Positions 1 through 9,315 of a stretch of DNA of 64,000 nucleotides are shown here, in pieces (within the stretch, counting starts at the first letter, position 1; the number at the start of each line of letters is the position of its first letter). The notes under the pieces were generated by a model, which was given only the letters and a program-made list of their open reading frames with translations, had not been told where the DNA came from and did no database searches. Origin of the DNA: Planctomycetota bacterium (GTDB taxonomy: Bacteria; Planctomycetota; PLA2; JAEUHO01); NCBI GenBank assembly GCA_050248855.1, contig JBFWRP010000004.1:142711-206710 (forward strand), given 5' to 3'. The position numbers and the translations under genes are program-made.

Positions 1-642
1 GCGCTGCGCGAGCGCGAGCTCGTCGAGCTTCTCGTCCAGGAGGGCGCCCGCTTCCTGCGACCGCTTGCGCGCGACGTCGGCTTCCGCTTCGAGACGCTCG
101 ATGTCGCGCTCGCGGGCCGCACGGCCTTCGGCGTGGCCCGCCTCGAAGCTGCTGCGAACCTCGCGGGCGATCTCGGTGGTGTTGATGCGACCCACCTCGC
201 CGTTGCGGCGGATGGCTTCCGTGAGGGCGACGATGCCGCCGACCAACACCAGCAGCAGGCCAAGCACGGCCAGCGGCACCAAGCGCGAGCGCTTGGCGGC
301 CGGCGCCGCCTCGAGGCGCTCGAGCAAGGAGCGCTGGATCGTGGCCAGGCCGCGGAACGTCTCGTTGAGGGCCTGCGTGGACTGCAAGACGAGCTCGCTG
401 CGGTCGCTGCGCTGGACGGCGCGGGCCAGCTCGCCCTGCAACGCCTCGAGGCGATGCAGCGCCTCCGCGTTGAGGCGGAACGCCTGCACGAGGTCGCCCG
501 GCGCGCCGCGGGAGAGCCGGGGCTCGTCCCGCTCCCCCAAGCTGCCGCCGCTCGCCTGCACGACCCACTGCATGCCGCCGGACTTCTGCGGACGCTCGTC
601 GTCCTCGGGAGGCAGCGGCGTGGGGTCCGACGTCGCGCTCAT
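1..642 (-). CDS. Hypothetical membrane-anchored coiled-coil protein (3' end runs off the window)
   Basis: Not in the ORF track because it has no stop in the window. ATG at 642 overlaps the upstream TGA (ATGA). Reads MSATSDPTPLPPEDDER...RSRLVPLAVLGLLLVLVGGIVAL (TM helix) followed by a coiled-coil. Confidence 0.75.
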   Translation of the reverse strand, partial: MSATSDPTPLPPEDDERPQKSGGMQWVVQASGGSLGERDEPRLSRGAPGDLVQAFRLNAEALHRLEALQGELARAVQRSDRSELVLQSTQALNETFRGLATIQRSLLERLEAAPAAKRSRLVPLAVLGLLLVLVGGIVALTEAIRRNGEVGRINTTEIAREVRSSFEAGHAEGRAARERDIERLEAEADVARKRSQEAGALLDEKLDELALAQR

Positions 643-1316
643 CGCAACAGCTCCTCCACGTCGGACGCCTCCCGACTGACGACCAACCGCCGGAGCTCGT
701 CCTGCGTCCTCTGACGCGGCGACCAGGGCGCTCCGTCCGCCGCGCTGACACCCTCGGCCCGGGTCAGGTCGACGGCTTGGTCGAAGGGTACGAGGAGCGA
801 GACGGTTCCCCCCGCGGGGACCTCGACGCGGTCCTGGAGCGGGCCGAGGACGCGCAGCACGAAGGCGAAGCCCTCAGGCGGCGACCAGCTGCCCTCCGCC
901 ACACGGCGGGACAAGTCCAAGGTGGACGAGGTCCGGCCCCCGGGCAGGCGGACGCGCACGGTTCCGTCCCCCACGTCCAGGGTCCGCGGGGTGCTTCCGG
1001 CGTTGGCCACGACCAATCGGGCAAAGCCCAGCTGCGGGCCGTCACCCCAGTCCAGGTGCTCGTTCCACTGTTCGGCGTGCAGCTCGTCCGGGCCCGGGTC
1101 GCCCATGACCGGCGCCAGCACCCCGCGCAGCTCGTCCGCGAGGTCGCCGACCCACACGCTGACACCGGCAGGCGGCAGGCGCCGCTCGTGACCGGGACCG
1201 ACGTCGTCGTCGCTGGACCTGAGGGGGCCCAAAAACCAGACGACGCCCGCCATGGCGACGGCAAAGAGCGCCGTCATGACCACGGCAGGCGTCCAGTCGG
1301 GTCGGGTCGGCTGCAC
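639..1316 (-). CDS. Hypothetical protein with N-terminal TM helix
   Basis: 225-aa ORF with a hydrophobic N-terminus; stop is coupled to the next gene. Confidence 0.7.
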   Translation of the reverse strand: MQPTRPDWTPAVVMTALFAVAMAGVVWFLGPLRSSDDDVGPGHERRLPPAGVSVWVGDLADELRGVLAPVMGDPGPDELHAEQWNEHLDWGDGPQLGFARLVVANAGSTPRTLDVGDGTVRVRLPGGRTSSTLDLSRRVAEGSWSPPEGFAFVLRVLGPLQDRVEVPAGGTVSLLVPFDQAVDLTRAEGVSAADGAPWSPRQRTQDELRRLVVSREASDVEELLR

Positions 1317-1355
1317 CTGGCCTCGGGAGGGTGGGCCCTCTAGGCGCCGATGCGC

Positions 1356-2399
1356 CTACTCGTCCGGGTCCACCCAAGGCGCCTTGCGCTTGTTCTTGTG
1401 ATCGCGGAACCACTCATCGAACTGCGCCATCGTGGACAGCGCCTCGTTGGTATCGGGGTTGACCGGGTTGCCGGCGTAGTACGCGACGACGGGCACCGTG
1501 AAGGTGCGGATGTCGTCCCAGAACCGCTTCTTGGCCTGGTCCTTGGGGTCGGTGCTGCTGTTGTTCGCCGCGCTCTCGACGCCCACGTACGTGCGAACGA
1601 ACTGCTCGACGAGGTCGTAGCGCAGGCTGCCCGGCACGTCGGAGAACTTGATCAGGGCCTTGTGCGCCGCGACGAGCCACATCACCTCGTTGTTCTTGGC
1701 GTGGCTGTAGTTCTCGAGCATCCACGCGACGCTGTTGAACGTGTTGAGGTCGCCGAGCGCGCCGAACGCCGCCTGGAGCACGTCGCTGGAGAGGTCGTAC
1801 TTGGCCTTGTGGAGGCCCTCGATCTCCTTCATCAGCTTCTTGGCGAGGTCCTCGCGCGCGTCGACGTTCTCCTTGACGACCGGATCCTCCTTGACCTTTG
1901 CAGGGCTTCCGGGGAACGCCGCGCCCATCGCGCCGATCACCTGCGCAGCCTTCATGTTGACCTCGTTGCGCTCGTTGGTCTCGCGAGACAGCTTGGTCAA
2001 CCCGAGGGCCTTGAAGATCGCCTTCTCGGCCTTCTTCCGGTAGTCGGCGAAGTCCTTCTCGAACTTCTTCAGGTCCTGTTCGTACTTGTCCTTCTCCTCT
2101 TGGGGAGCGTCGTCGGCGGGCTTCTCGGGGGCCTTGATGGCGCGGAAGTGACCACCGACGAGGTCGAGGTACTGGATGATCTCGTCGTTGATGGACTTCC
2201 TGTTCTTCAGCGCGTCCTCGAGCTTCTCGAGGTCCGCCAGGGCCTCCGGCATCTCGGCGGCCGGCGCCTCCGGAGCTGCCTCCGGGCCTTCCGCCAGGGC
2301 CGAACGACCAGGGACCCCAACGAGCAGGCCGCTCGCGGCGCAGAAGAGGAGCGCGGCGCCGAGGCGCCACGGGCGGGACGGGAGGGAGCATTCGGTCAT
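1356..2399 (-). CDS. Secreted alpha-helical hypothetical protein
   Basis: C-terminal part of ORF 1356..3857. Signal-peptide-like MTECSLPSRPWRLGAALLFCAASGLL...ALA; K/E/D-rich natural composition. Confidence 0.8.
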   Translation of the reverse strand: MTECSLPSRPWRLGAALLFCAASGLLVGVPGRSALAEGPEAAPEAPAAEMPEALADLEKLEDALKNRKSINDEIIQYLDLVGGHFRAIKAPEKPADDAPQEEKDKYEQDLKKFEKDFADYRKKAEKAIFKALGLTKLSRETNERNEVNMKAAQVIGAMGAAFPGSPAKVKEDPVVKENVDAREDLAKKLMKEIEGLHKAKYDLSSDVLQAAFGALGDLNTFNSVAWMLENYSHAKNNEVMWLVAAHKALIKFSDVPGSLRYDLVEQFVRTYVGVESAANNSSTDPKDQAKKRFWDDIRTFTVPVVAYYAGNPVNPDTNEALSTMAQFDEWFRDHKNKRKAPWVDPDE

Positions 2400-2567
2400 G
2401 GTTCGGTCTCCGGAACGGACCAGGGGCGGCTCCATCCTACGGCAAGCACGGCCTACCCGTGGCGGGTCGAGGACGCCGAGCGTCCTGGTCAGGGGACGCG
2501 GAGCGCTCGGGAGCGTGTTCCGCGACCTCGTACCGAGGTCTGTGCAAAGGCCCTGCCACTGGGCCCC

Positions 2568-2573
2568 TACAAT
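2568..2573 (+). promoter_or_regulatory. -10 box TACAAT, probable leaderless promoter of pabB
   Basis: TACAAT, 6 nt, then GTG(2580); no Shine-Dalgarno (SD). Confidence 0.55.
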
Positions 2574-2579
2574 CCGCGC

Positions 2580-3989
2580 GTGACCGGGCGCCCCCCTGCA
2601 GCCGCAGCCACCGCGCGCCGCGCCGCCCGCGTCGTGGCCCTCGCGCCGCTGGCAGCGCCCGGCGGCCCGGTCCAGCTCATGGCGGCCTGGGCCGGACGCC
2701 GGCACCTGGCCGCTCGCGTCGTGGGCGGGCGGGGGCACCGCGGGACGCCGTGGTCCTACGTGGCGTGCGACCCCGTCGACGTGCTGGACGTCCAGCGCTG
2801 GCCGCGGGGTCGACGGCTCGCGGACGTGCTCGCGCCGCTGGCCGCCCCCGCCGAGCCTCCGCGCGGCGCAGGGCTCCCGCCGTTCGCGGGGGGCTGGCTC
2901 GGCATGCTCGGGTACGAGGCGCGAAGCGGCGTGGAAGTCACGCCCGCGGCACGCCGCCCGCCGCTGGGGTTCCCCGTGGTGTGGTTCGGCCGCTACGAGC
3001 GCCTCGTGGCCTTCGACCACGCCAAGGGCCGTGCCTGGGCGGTCGCCGCGGGGCGCGACACGCGCCACGCAGAGCGGGCGGCACGCGCGCTGGCCAGCGA
3101 GGCCCGCGGTGCGCTCGCCGCCGTCCCCACGGACTCCGACGTGGCCACGAGCGGCGCCCCGCAGCCGGCGTGGCCGCGCGCGCGCTTCTTGGCGGCGGTC
3201 CGCGCGGCCCGCGCGGCGATCTTGCGGGGCGACATCTTCCAGACCAACGTGAGCCAGCGCATCGACGCTCGCGTGGCGGGGCCGTCGGTCGCATGGTTTG
3301 CCCGCCTGGCCGCGGCCCAGCCCGCGCCCTACATGACCTTCCTGGACCTCGGCAGCGAGCGCGCCGCGCTCTCGGCGAGCCCCGAGCGCTTCCTCCGCCT
3401 GCGTGGCCGCACGGTGGAGACCGAGCCGATGAAGGGCACGCGTCCGCGCGGAGCAACGCGCGAGGCCGACGCGGCGCTGCGCGAGGAGCTCCTCGGCAGC
3501 GTCAAGGACCGCGCCGAGCTGGCCATGATCGTCGACCTGGCCCGCAACGACCTGGCGCGCTCGTGCCGCGCGGGAAGCGTGCGCGTGGTCACGCCGCGCC
3601 GGCTCGTGCGCTTCGCCCGCGTCCATCAGGCCATCGGCATCGTGCGCGGCACGCTTCGCCCGGGCGTCGACCGCCTCGAAGCGCTCGCTGCCGCCTTCCC
3701 ACCCGGCAGCGTGACGGGCGCCCCCAAGGTGCGGGCCATGGAGATCCTCGACGAGATCGAAGGCGAAGCGCGCGGACCCTACTGCGGCGCGCTCGGATGG
3801 CTGGACGACCGGGGCGACATGGACCTCGCCGTGGCCATCCGGACGATCGTGAGGCACGGCAACCGCGTCGCCTATCGGGTGGGCGGAGGCATCACGCTGG
3901 GCAGCGATCCCGTGGCCGAGTGGGAGGAGACGATCACGAAGGGCCGCGGCCTGTTCGCCGCGCTCGCGGGCCGCGAGGACCCGACGTGA
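2580..3989 (+). CDS. pabB: Aminodeoxychorismate synthase component I / anthranilate synthase component I family
   Basis: Motifs PPFAGGWLG, GDIFQTN, SASPERFL, PMKGTRPR, KDRAELAMIVDLARNDL, FPPGSVTGAPK, RGPYCG, VGGGIT. Confidence 0.85.
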   Translation: MTGRPPAAAATARRAARVVALAPLAAPGGPVQLMAAWAGRRHLAARVVGGRGHRGTPWSYVACDPVDVLDVQRWPRGRRLADVLAPLAAPAEPPRGAGLPPFAGGWLGMLGYEARSGVEVTPAARRPPLGFPVVWFGRYERLVAFDHAKGRAWAVAAGRDTRHAERAARALASEARGALAAVPTDSDVATSGAPQPAWPRARFLAAVRAARAAILRGDIFQTNVSQRIDARVAGPSVAWFARLAAAQPAPYMTFLDLGSERAALSASPERFLRLRGRTVETEPMKGTRPRGATREADAALREELLGSVKDRAELAMIVDLARNDLARSCRAGSVRVVTPRRLVRFARVHQAIGIVRGTLRPGVDRLEALAAAFPPGSVTGAPKVRAMEILDEIEGEARGPYCGALGWLDDRGDMDLAVAIRTIVRHGNRVAYRVGGGITLGSDPVAEWEETITKGRGLFAALAGREDPT

Positions 3990-4897
3990 GCGCGCGGCTC
4001 ATGCCCCTCGTCGAGCGCTTCCTCGTGCACATGGAGGCGGCGCGCAACCTGTCGCCGCACACCCTGCGCGCCTACGGCGGCGACCTCGACGAGCTCGTCA
4101 CGTCGCTGGCCGGGCGCGGCATCGACCGCGCCGATGCCGTGGACTTGCTCGTGCTACGCCGCCATCTCGTCGGGCTGGCCGACCGCGGCCTCGGGCAGCG
4201 CTCCATCGCACGCAAGATCAGCGCGATCCGGGCGTTCTTCCGCTGGCATGCGGCCGAGGCCGGCAGGGACCACGACCCGGCGCGCGGCTTGCGATCTCCG
4301 CGGCGGCGGCGCGCGCTGCCCGACGTGCTCGACCGCGGCGAGGTCGAGCGCTTGCTGGCGGCACCGGGCAGCGAGGACTGGCGCGCGCTGCGCGACGCTG
4401 CCCTGCTCGAGACGCTCTACAGCACGGGCGGTCGCGTCGGCGAGATGAGTGCCCTGGACGTCGCCCACGTGGACCTGGTCGGGGGCACGGCCCTCTTGCA
4501 GGGCAAAGGACGCCGGGAACGCTTGGCCGGTCTCGGCAACCCGTGTCTGGAAGCGATCGAAGCGTATCTCGCTGCACTCGCGCGAGCCCGCGTGCGGCGC
4601 GACCCGCGCCCGCTGTTCGTCAACCACCGGGGCTGGCGGCTGACGACGCGCGGCATGGCCCTGGCGGTGGAGCGCCACGCGCGCGCCGTGGGCCTCGAGG
4701 GCCGCGTCACACCGCACACCTTGCGCCACAGCTTCGCCACGCACATGCTGGAAGCGGGGGCCAACCTGCGCGAAGTGCAGGAGCTGTTGGGGCACCGCGA
4801 CGTGAGCAGCACCCAGATCTACACGCACCTCACGTTGGACCACGTCCGTGCCGTGTACGAGCGTGCCCACCCGCGCGCCCGCGGAGCGGCCTCGTGA
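3986..4897 (+). CDS. xerC: Tyrosine recombinase XerC/XerD family
   Basis: SPHTLRAY, LYSTGGRVGE (R), GKG (K), TPHTLRHSFATH, LLGH, STQIYTH (catalytic Y); HPRA end; GTGA overlap with pabB. Confidence 0.88.
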   Translation: MSARLMPLVERFLVHMEAARNLSPHTLRAYGGDLDELVTSLAGRGIDRADAVDLLVLRRHLVGLADRGLGQRSIARKISAIRAFFRWHAAEAGRDHDPARGLRSPRRRRALPDVLDRGEVERLLAAPGSEDWRALRDAALLETLYSTGGRVGEMSALDVAHVDLVGGTALLQGKGRRERLAGLGNPCLEAIEAYLAALARARVRRDPRPLFVNHRGWRLTTRGMALAVERHARAVGLEGRVTPHTLRHSFATHMLEAGANLREVQELLGHRDVSSTQIYTHLTLDHVRAVYERAHPRARGAAS

Positions 4898-6027
4898 GCG
4901 GCCCCGGCGGGCGGGGCAGCCGCGCCACGCGCTGGCTCGCCGCCCTCGTCCCGCTCGCCGTGATCGGCGTGTACGTCGGCGAGCGCTTGGCCAGCGCCCG
5001 ACCGTGGAACGACCCGCGGGTCGGCCCGCTCGGTTTCGGGCTCGTCGAAGGCAGCGTGCTCGCGACGTTCGGAGCCGCGTTGCCGTGGCGCGTCGCCCAG
5101 GGCGAGGTCCAACGCCTCGTGTTGGACCTGTTCACGTCGCAGACCCTCCTCGACGTGGTGCTCGGCGTGCTCTTCCTTCGCAGCTCCCTGGCGCGAGGCG
5201 GCGCGCTGTTCGGTGCGGGGGCAACGCTCGCGTTCCTGCTCCTGGGCGGCGCCTCGGCCGTCGCAACCGATACCTGGGTGCGCGAGGGATCGCGCCAGGC
5301 GTTGGCGCTAGGTTGGTTCTCCGGCGTCCTGGCCCTGACGGGCGGGAGCCTCGCCTTCGGCCTCCTCGCCGGCAGCCACCCGGCCCGCGTTGCGGTGCGG
5401 CGGGGGGCCGTGTCCACCTTGGTGTTCCTGGCCGTGCTGCACGTGGGACTCACGTGGCCGCTGCGCGCGGGCGCAGGACTCGTCGCCGACGTCGGCGACC
5501 ACGCCATGCTCGCCGCCACGGGGGTGGGCTTCGCCGCGGGCGCGCTGCTGCGACCCTGGCGCGCCGCGGTCGCTTCGGGTGGAGCCGGACGCGTGCTCCT
5601 CACGCTCTCGGTGGCGGTGCTGGGCGTGGCGGCGTTCCTGCAAGTGCAGCGCGTCCAGGCCGAGGCCACCGCCCCCGAAGCCGGAGCCGTCTGGAAGCAG
5701 CTGCGGCAGCTCGAGCTGGACGCGCGCGCGGTGCTCTTGGATGGGCCGCGCGCGACGTCGTCGGCCCGCAACCGCCTCGACCGCAGCCGAAGCGCCCTGC
5801 GGCAGCGGGCGGCCGAGGTCGTGCCGGCAGCCCATCGCCCGCTGCTCGAGGACTACCTGGATCGTCTCGATCCACTCGTCACGGGCGACGTGCCCGACCC
5901 CGGCGCCGTTCGCATGCGCCTCGGGATGGCCGCGAGCGCTTGGTACGAGGCCGAAGATGCGTGGCGGCGCGACGTGGGCCTGCCCGTGCGCGACGCCTAC
6001 GCCCGCAGGACCTGGGAGTCGCGATGA
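4894..6027 (+). CDS. Rhomboid-fold membrane protein, probably catalytically inactive, with C-terminal helical domain
   Basis: Multiple TM helices; FGAALPWRVAQGEVQRLV resembles the rhomboid GA...GEWWRL loop; catalytic motifs are degenerate. Confidence 0.55.
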   Translation: MSGPGGRGSRATRWLAALVPLAVIGVYVGERLASARPWNDPRVGPLGFGLVEGSVLATFGAALPWRVAQGEVQRLVLDLFTSQTLLDVVLGVLFLRSSLARGGALFGAGATLAFLLLGGASAVATDTWVREGSRQALALGWFSGVLALTGGSLAFGLLAGSHPARVAVRRGAVSTLVFLAVLHVGLTWPLRAGAGLVADVGDHAMLAATGVGFAAGALLRPWRAAVASGGAGRVLLTLSVAVLGVAAFLQVQRVQAEATAPEAGAVWKQLRQLELDARAVLLDGPRATSSARNRLDRSRSALRQRAAEVVPAAHRPLLEDYLDRLDPLVTGDVPDPGAVRMRLGMAASAWYEAEDAWRRDVGLPVRDAYARRTWESR

Positions 6028-6716
6028 GGATCGTCCGCACCCGCCACGGCGCGCGCGTGGAGCAAGGGGGCCTCGTCCTGAGCGAGGTGCGCCGTGACCC
6101 CGGTCCCACGCACTCCCTGTTCGACGTGCTGGCGGCTGCGATCTCCACGCAGGTTCCTGGCCATCGCGTGGCAGTCCTGGGGTTCGCCATGGGCGGGATC
6201 GTGGCCCCCCTGCGCGCCCTGGGCTTCGGCCACCCGATCGAGGCCGTGGACCTGGACGTCTCCCTCGTGCCGCCCTTCCGCGAGCTCTCCGAGCCCTGGT
6301 GCGGCGACGTCCGCGTGGAACGCGGCGAGGCGGGTGCGTGGCTGCGCAAGCGCAAGCGGCCCTTCGACTTGATCCTGGAGGACCTCTCGGCGCAGGTGGA
6401 CGGCGAGGTGACCAAACCACCGGTCAGCCTCGGCTCCCTGCCCATGGCCATCCGGGCCCGCCTCAAGCCCGGCGGCGTGGCCGTGACCAACGTGCTGCCG
6501 GTGCCGGGCCGCCCTCTCGGCGACGTGCTCGCAACGCTCGCGGCGCCCTACGCCCGCGCCGTCGTCCTGCACCTCGAGCGCTGGGAGAACAAGGTGCTGC
6601 TCTGCGGCGATGCGGTCCCTGCCGCGCGCGACGTCGGCCGCGCGCTGCGCTCGGCGCTCGCCGCCATCGGCTCCTGCGAAGCGGACCAGCTGGCCGTCCG
6701 CACGCTTGCCCGCTGA
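6024..6716 (+). CDS. Class I SAM-dependent methyltransferase, spermidine-synthase-like
   Basis: VAVLGFAMGG, EAVDLD, FDLILED, LKPGGVAVTN. Confidence 0.7.
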   Translation: MRIVRTRHGARVEQGGLVLSEVRRDPGPTHSLFDVLAAAISTQVPGHRVAVLGFAMGGIVAPLRALGFGHPIEAVDLDVSLVPPFRELSEPWCGDVRVERGEAGAWLRKRKRPFDLILEDLSAQVDGEVTKPPVSLGSLPMAIRARLKPGGVAVTNVLPVPGRPLGDVLATLAAPYARAVVLHLERWENKVLLCGDAVPAARDVGRALRSALAAIGSCEADQLAVRTLAR

Positions 6717-6773
6717 CACGGCGTCGCGCCGAGTTCCGTGGGCAGTGGGCCGCGCCTCATCGACAATGACCCC

Positions 6774-7982
6774 ATGGCCGCTCTCGCCACGCGCTTGGTG
6801 TTCGCCATCGTGCTCGTCCTCGCCTGGGGGCCCGTGGGCGCGCGGGCCGACGACGAGACCCTCCCGCCCGACATCGAGTTCTTCACGAACCGCGACTGCC
6901 GACACTGCGAGGCCGCTGCGGAGTACCTCGCCGGGCTGCAGGCCGACCGACCCGAGCTGGTCGTCGTCACGCGGCACATCCTGGAGGACGAGGGGGCCCG
7001 CGAGCGCTTCGCCGGGCTCGTGGAGCAAGCGGGCGTACAGGCTGCCTCGACGCCGGCGTTCCTCGTGCAGGGCAAGCTGATCATCGGCTGGACGAGCCCC
7101 GTGACGACGGGACGCCTGATCGAGGACATCCTCGAAGGCCTCGAGACCTCCCCCGAGGAACGAGGCGGAGCGGGCTGCGTCGTCGACCTCTCCAGGGCCC
7201 CGGGCGAGGCGCAGCCCCCCTGCGTCGACCCGCGGGACCAGGCGATCGACCTGCCCCTCTTCGGGTCCGTGAAGCCGCGGGACCTCGGCCTCCCCGTCTT
7301 CACGGTCGTGTTGGGCCTCGTGGATGGGTTCAACCCGTGTGCCATGTGGGTGCTGCTGTTCCTGCTCTCGCTGCTTGTCCACCTGAACAGCCGCTCGCGC
7401 ATGTTCGCGATCGCCGGCACGTTCGTGCTCGTCTCGGGCCTCGTCTACTTCGCGTTCATGGCCGCGTGGTTCACCTTCTTCGACGTGATCGGCAAGGCGC
7501 GGGCGATCCAGGTGATCCTGGGCGCGGTCGCCGTGTTCATCGGTGCGGTCCATGCCAAGGACTTCTTCGCCTTCCACAAGGGCTTGACCTTCAGCATCCC
7601 GGAAAGCGCGAAGCCCGGCATCTATGCGCGCGTCAACCGCATCCTGAAGGCGGAGAACATGAAGGCGGCCCTCGTCACGGTGGTCGTCCTCGCCTTCATG
7701 GTGAACGTGGTCGAGCTGTTGTGCACGGCGGGGCTTCCGGCCATCTACACGAACGTGCTGGCGCAGCACGAGCTGCCGCGGGCGCAGTACTACGGCTACA
7801 TCGCCCTGTACCAGGTGTTCTACATGCTCGACGACATGGCCATGCTGTCGATCGCCATCTTCACCCTGTCCCGCACACGCCTCCAGGAGACGGGTGGCCG
7901 TTGGCTCAAGCTGGTCAGTGGAGTGGTCATGATCGCGCTCGGGCTCGCCTTGGTCTTCAAGCCAGGACTGCTGTCGTGGTAG
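6774..7982 (+). CDS. Glutaredoxin/thioredoxin-fold domain fused to a CcdA/DsbD-like membrane domain
   Basis: Signal peptide, CRHC, STPAF cis-Pro loop; membrane domain with DGFNPCAMWVL and ELLCTAG cysteines. Confidence 0.8.
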   Translation: MAALATRLVFAIVLVLAWGPVGARADDETLPPDIEFFTNRDCRHCEAAAEYLAGLQADRPELVVVTRHILEDEGARERFAGLVEQAGVQAASTPAFLVQGKLIIGWTSPVTTGRLIEDILEGLETSPEERGGAGCVVDLSRAPGEAQPPCVDPRDQAIDLPLFGSVKPRDLGLPVFTVVLGLVDGFNPCAMWVLLFLLSLLVHLNSRSRMFAIAGTFVLVSGLVYFAFMAAWFTFFDVIGKARAIQVILGAVAVFIGAVHAKDFFAFHKGLTFSIPESAKPGIYARVNRILKAENMKAALVTVVVLAFMVNVVELLCTAGLPAIYTNVLAQHELPRAQYYGYIALYQVFYMLDDMAMLSIAIFTLSRTRLQETGGRWLKLVSGVVMIALGLALVFKPGLLSW

Positions 7983-8956
7983 GGGCACGGCGCCTGGGCT
8001 GGCTGCTCGCGGTCGCCGGGCTTGTCGGCGCCTCGGGGCCACTCGCCGAAGCGCGGATCGCGCGTGGCATGCGGGCGGCGCCGCTCGACGCACGAACGGC
8101 CGACGGGGCGGCCCCGATCCGCCTGTCGGACCGCCTGGGCCGGACGGTCCTCCTGTCGTTCTTCGGCACCGCCTGTCCGCATTGCCGGCGGGCCGTGCCG
8201 CGCTTGAACGAGCTCGCGGCACGCGGGGCGCCGCTCGGCGTGGACGTCCTGGGCGTCACGCCCGACAGCGGCGCCGAGCTGGCGCGCTTCGTCCAAGGCG
8301 AGGGCGTGCGCCACGAGGTGGCCCTCGTGCCGATGGACGCACTCCGCTGGTACGGCGTGACGACGTACCCCCACGGCGTCCTGGTCGGGCCGGAGGGACG
8401 GGTTCTTTGGCAGGGGCCGCTCGACCGGATGACGGACCGCGTGCTCGAGGCGTACGTCGCGCGCGTGCGTACCGCGCCCGCGGCACCCGCGCAGTTCGCC
8501 CTCGTCGACGCCGAGCGCCGGGCGGGGCGCTACGCGGCCGTTGCGCAGGCCTTGGAGCGGCACCGACGTTGCGAACGCCTGGACTCGCTCGCGTGCCGCT
8601 ACGTGCTCGACACCCTGGCGTGGATCGAGTGGTTCGCCGAGGTCTCCCTCGCCGGCGCGAGTGCCGACGAGCAAGCGGGGCGGTGGGGCTCGGCCGTACG
8701 CACGTACGAGGAGCTCGAGGCTGCGTACGCGGGTGCGGCCGTGGAGCGAGATGCGCGTGCCGCACGCGAGCGCGTCCTCGCCGATCCGACCCGCGCCCGC
8801 GAAGCGCGCGCATCGCACGCCCTGGACGAAGCCCGCCGCGCCGGCCGCTGGCAAAGCACCCCCATCGCGCGCGAACACCTCCAGCGCATGGCCCAAGCCC
8901 ACCCCGGCACCCAAGCCGCCGCCGAAGCCGCCGACCTCCTCGCCCTCCTCCGCTAG
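7976..8956 (+). CDS. TlpA-family thioredoxin-like protein with C-terminal helical extension
   Basis: LLSFFGTACPHC, YGVTTYPHGVLVGPEG; signal peptide. Confidence 0.8.
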   Translation: MVGARRLGWLLAVAGLVGASGPLAEARIARGMRAAPLDARTADGAAPIRLSDRLGRTVLLSFFGTACPHCRRAVPRLNELAARGAPLGVDVLGVTPDSGAELARFVQGEGVRHEVALVPMDALRWYGVTTYPHGVLVGPEGRVLWQGPLDRMTDRVLEAYVARVRTAPAAPAQFALVDAERRAGRYAAVAQALERHRRCERLDSLACRYVLDTLAWIEWFAEVSLAGASADEQAGRWGSAVRTYEELEAAYAGAAVERDARAARERVLADPTRAREARASHALDEARRAGRWQSTPIAREHLQRMAQAHPGTQAAAEAADLLALLR

Positions 8957-9033
8957 CCCCCCGCCTTCTCCCCTTGCCTTCCTGCCCTCTCTCGCTGCCT
9001 TCTCTTCTTGCCTTCTGAACAGCCTTCACCACA

Positions 9034-9140
9034 CATCGGGTCGTCAGGGCGAAGGCGCCAGCAAGCCATCGGCGACGACTCGTGGTCTGTTCACTCGAGG
9101 AGCCGATGGCGCCGCTGCCGCCGAGCACTCGGCGAGCCGC
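9034..9140. repeat. Dispersed ~107-bp hairpin repeat, copy 1
   Basis: Shares CATCGGGTCGTCAGGGCGA, CATCGGCGACGACTCGTGGTCTGTTC-N-CTCGAGGAGCCGATG, CCGAGCA and GAGCCGC with 17622-17727. Confidence 0.9.
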
Positions 9141-9176
9141 CCCAAAACACCTAGAGGCGTGCTCGAATGGAAGGAG

Positions 9177-9249
9177 TACCCCCAACGGGATTCGAACCCG
9201 TGTTACCGGCTTGAAAGGCCGGCGTCCTAGGCCACTGGACGATGGGGGC
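9177..9249 (-). tRNA. tRNA-Glu(TTC), CCA not encoded
   Basis: GCCCCCA acceptor stem, D-arm, CCGGC-CT-TTC-AA-GCCGG anticodon arm, GGGTTCGAATCCC T-arm. Confidence 0.97.
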
Positions 9250-9315
9250 GCGACGATCGAGGCACTTCCTTACCACGGCCTCGGCGTCCTGCCCGCCGAC
9301 GGGCCTACCCGGGGC

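Noticed and set aside
1350..3989. 879-aa pabB fusion and similar N-terminally extended calls in the ORF track (xerC, tsaD, lnt, multiheme, FG-GAP genes)
   Set aside because: The extensions overlap genuine neighbouring genes. The shorter starts are supported by overlapping stop/start junctions, SD sites or -10 boxes.
9010..9030. IS-like terminal repeat next to hairpin copy 1 (TGAACAGCCT)
   Set aside because: There is no partner inverted repeat on the other side of the hairpin.
3986..9249. Integrative element bounded by the recombinase and tRNA-Glu
   Set aside because: The recombinase looks like a housekeeping Xer protein coupled to pabB. I saw no duplicated tRNA 3' end and no phage or conjugation genes.
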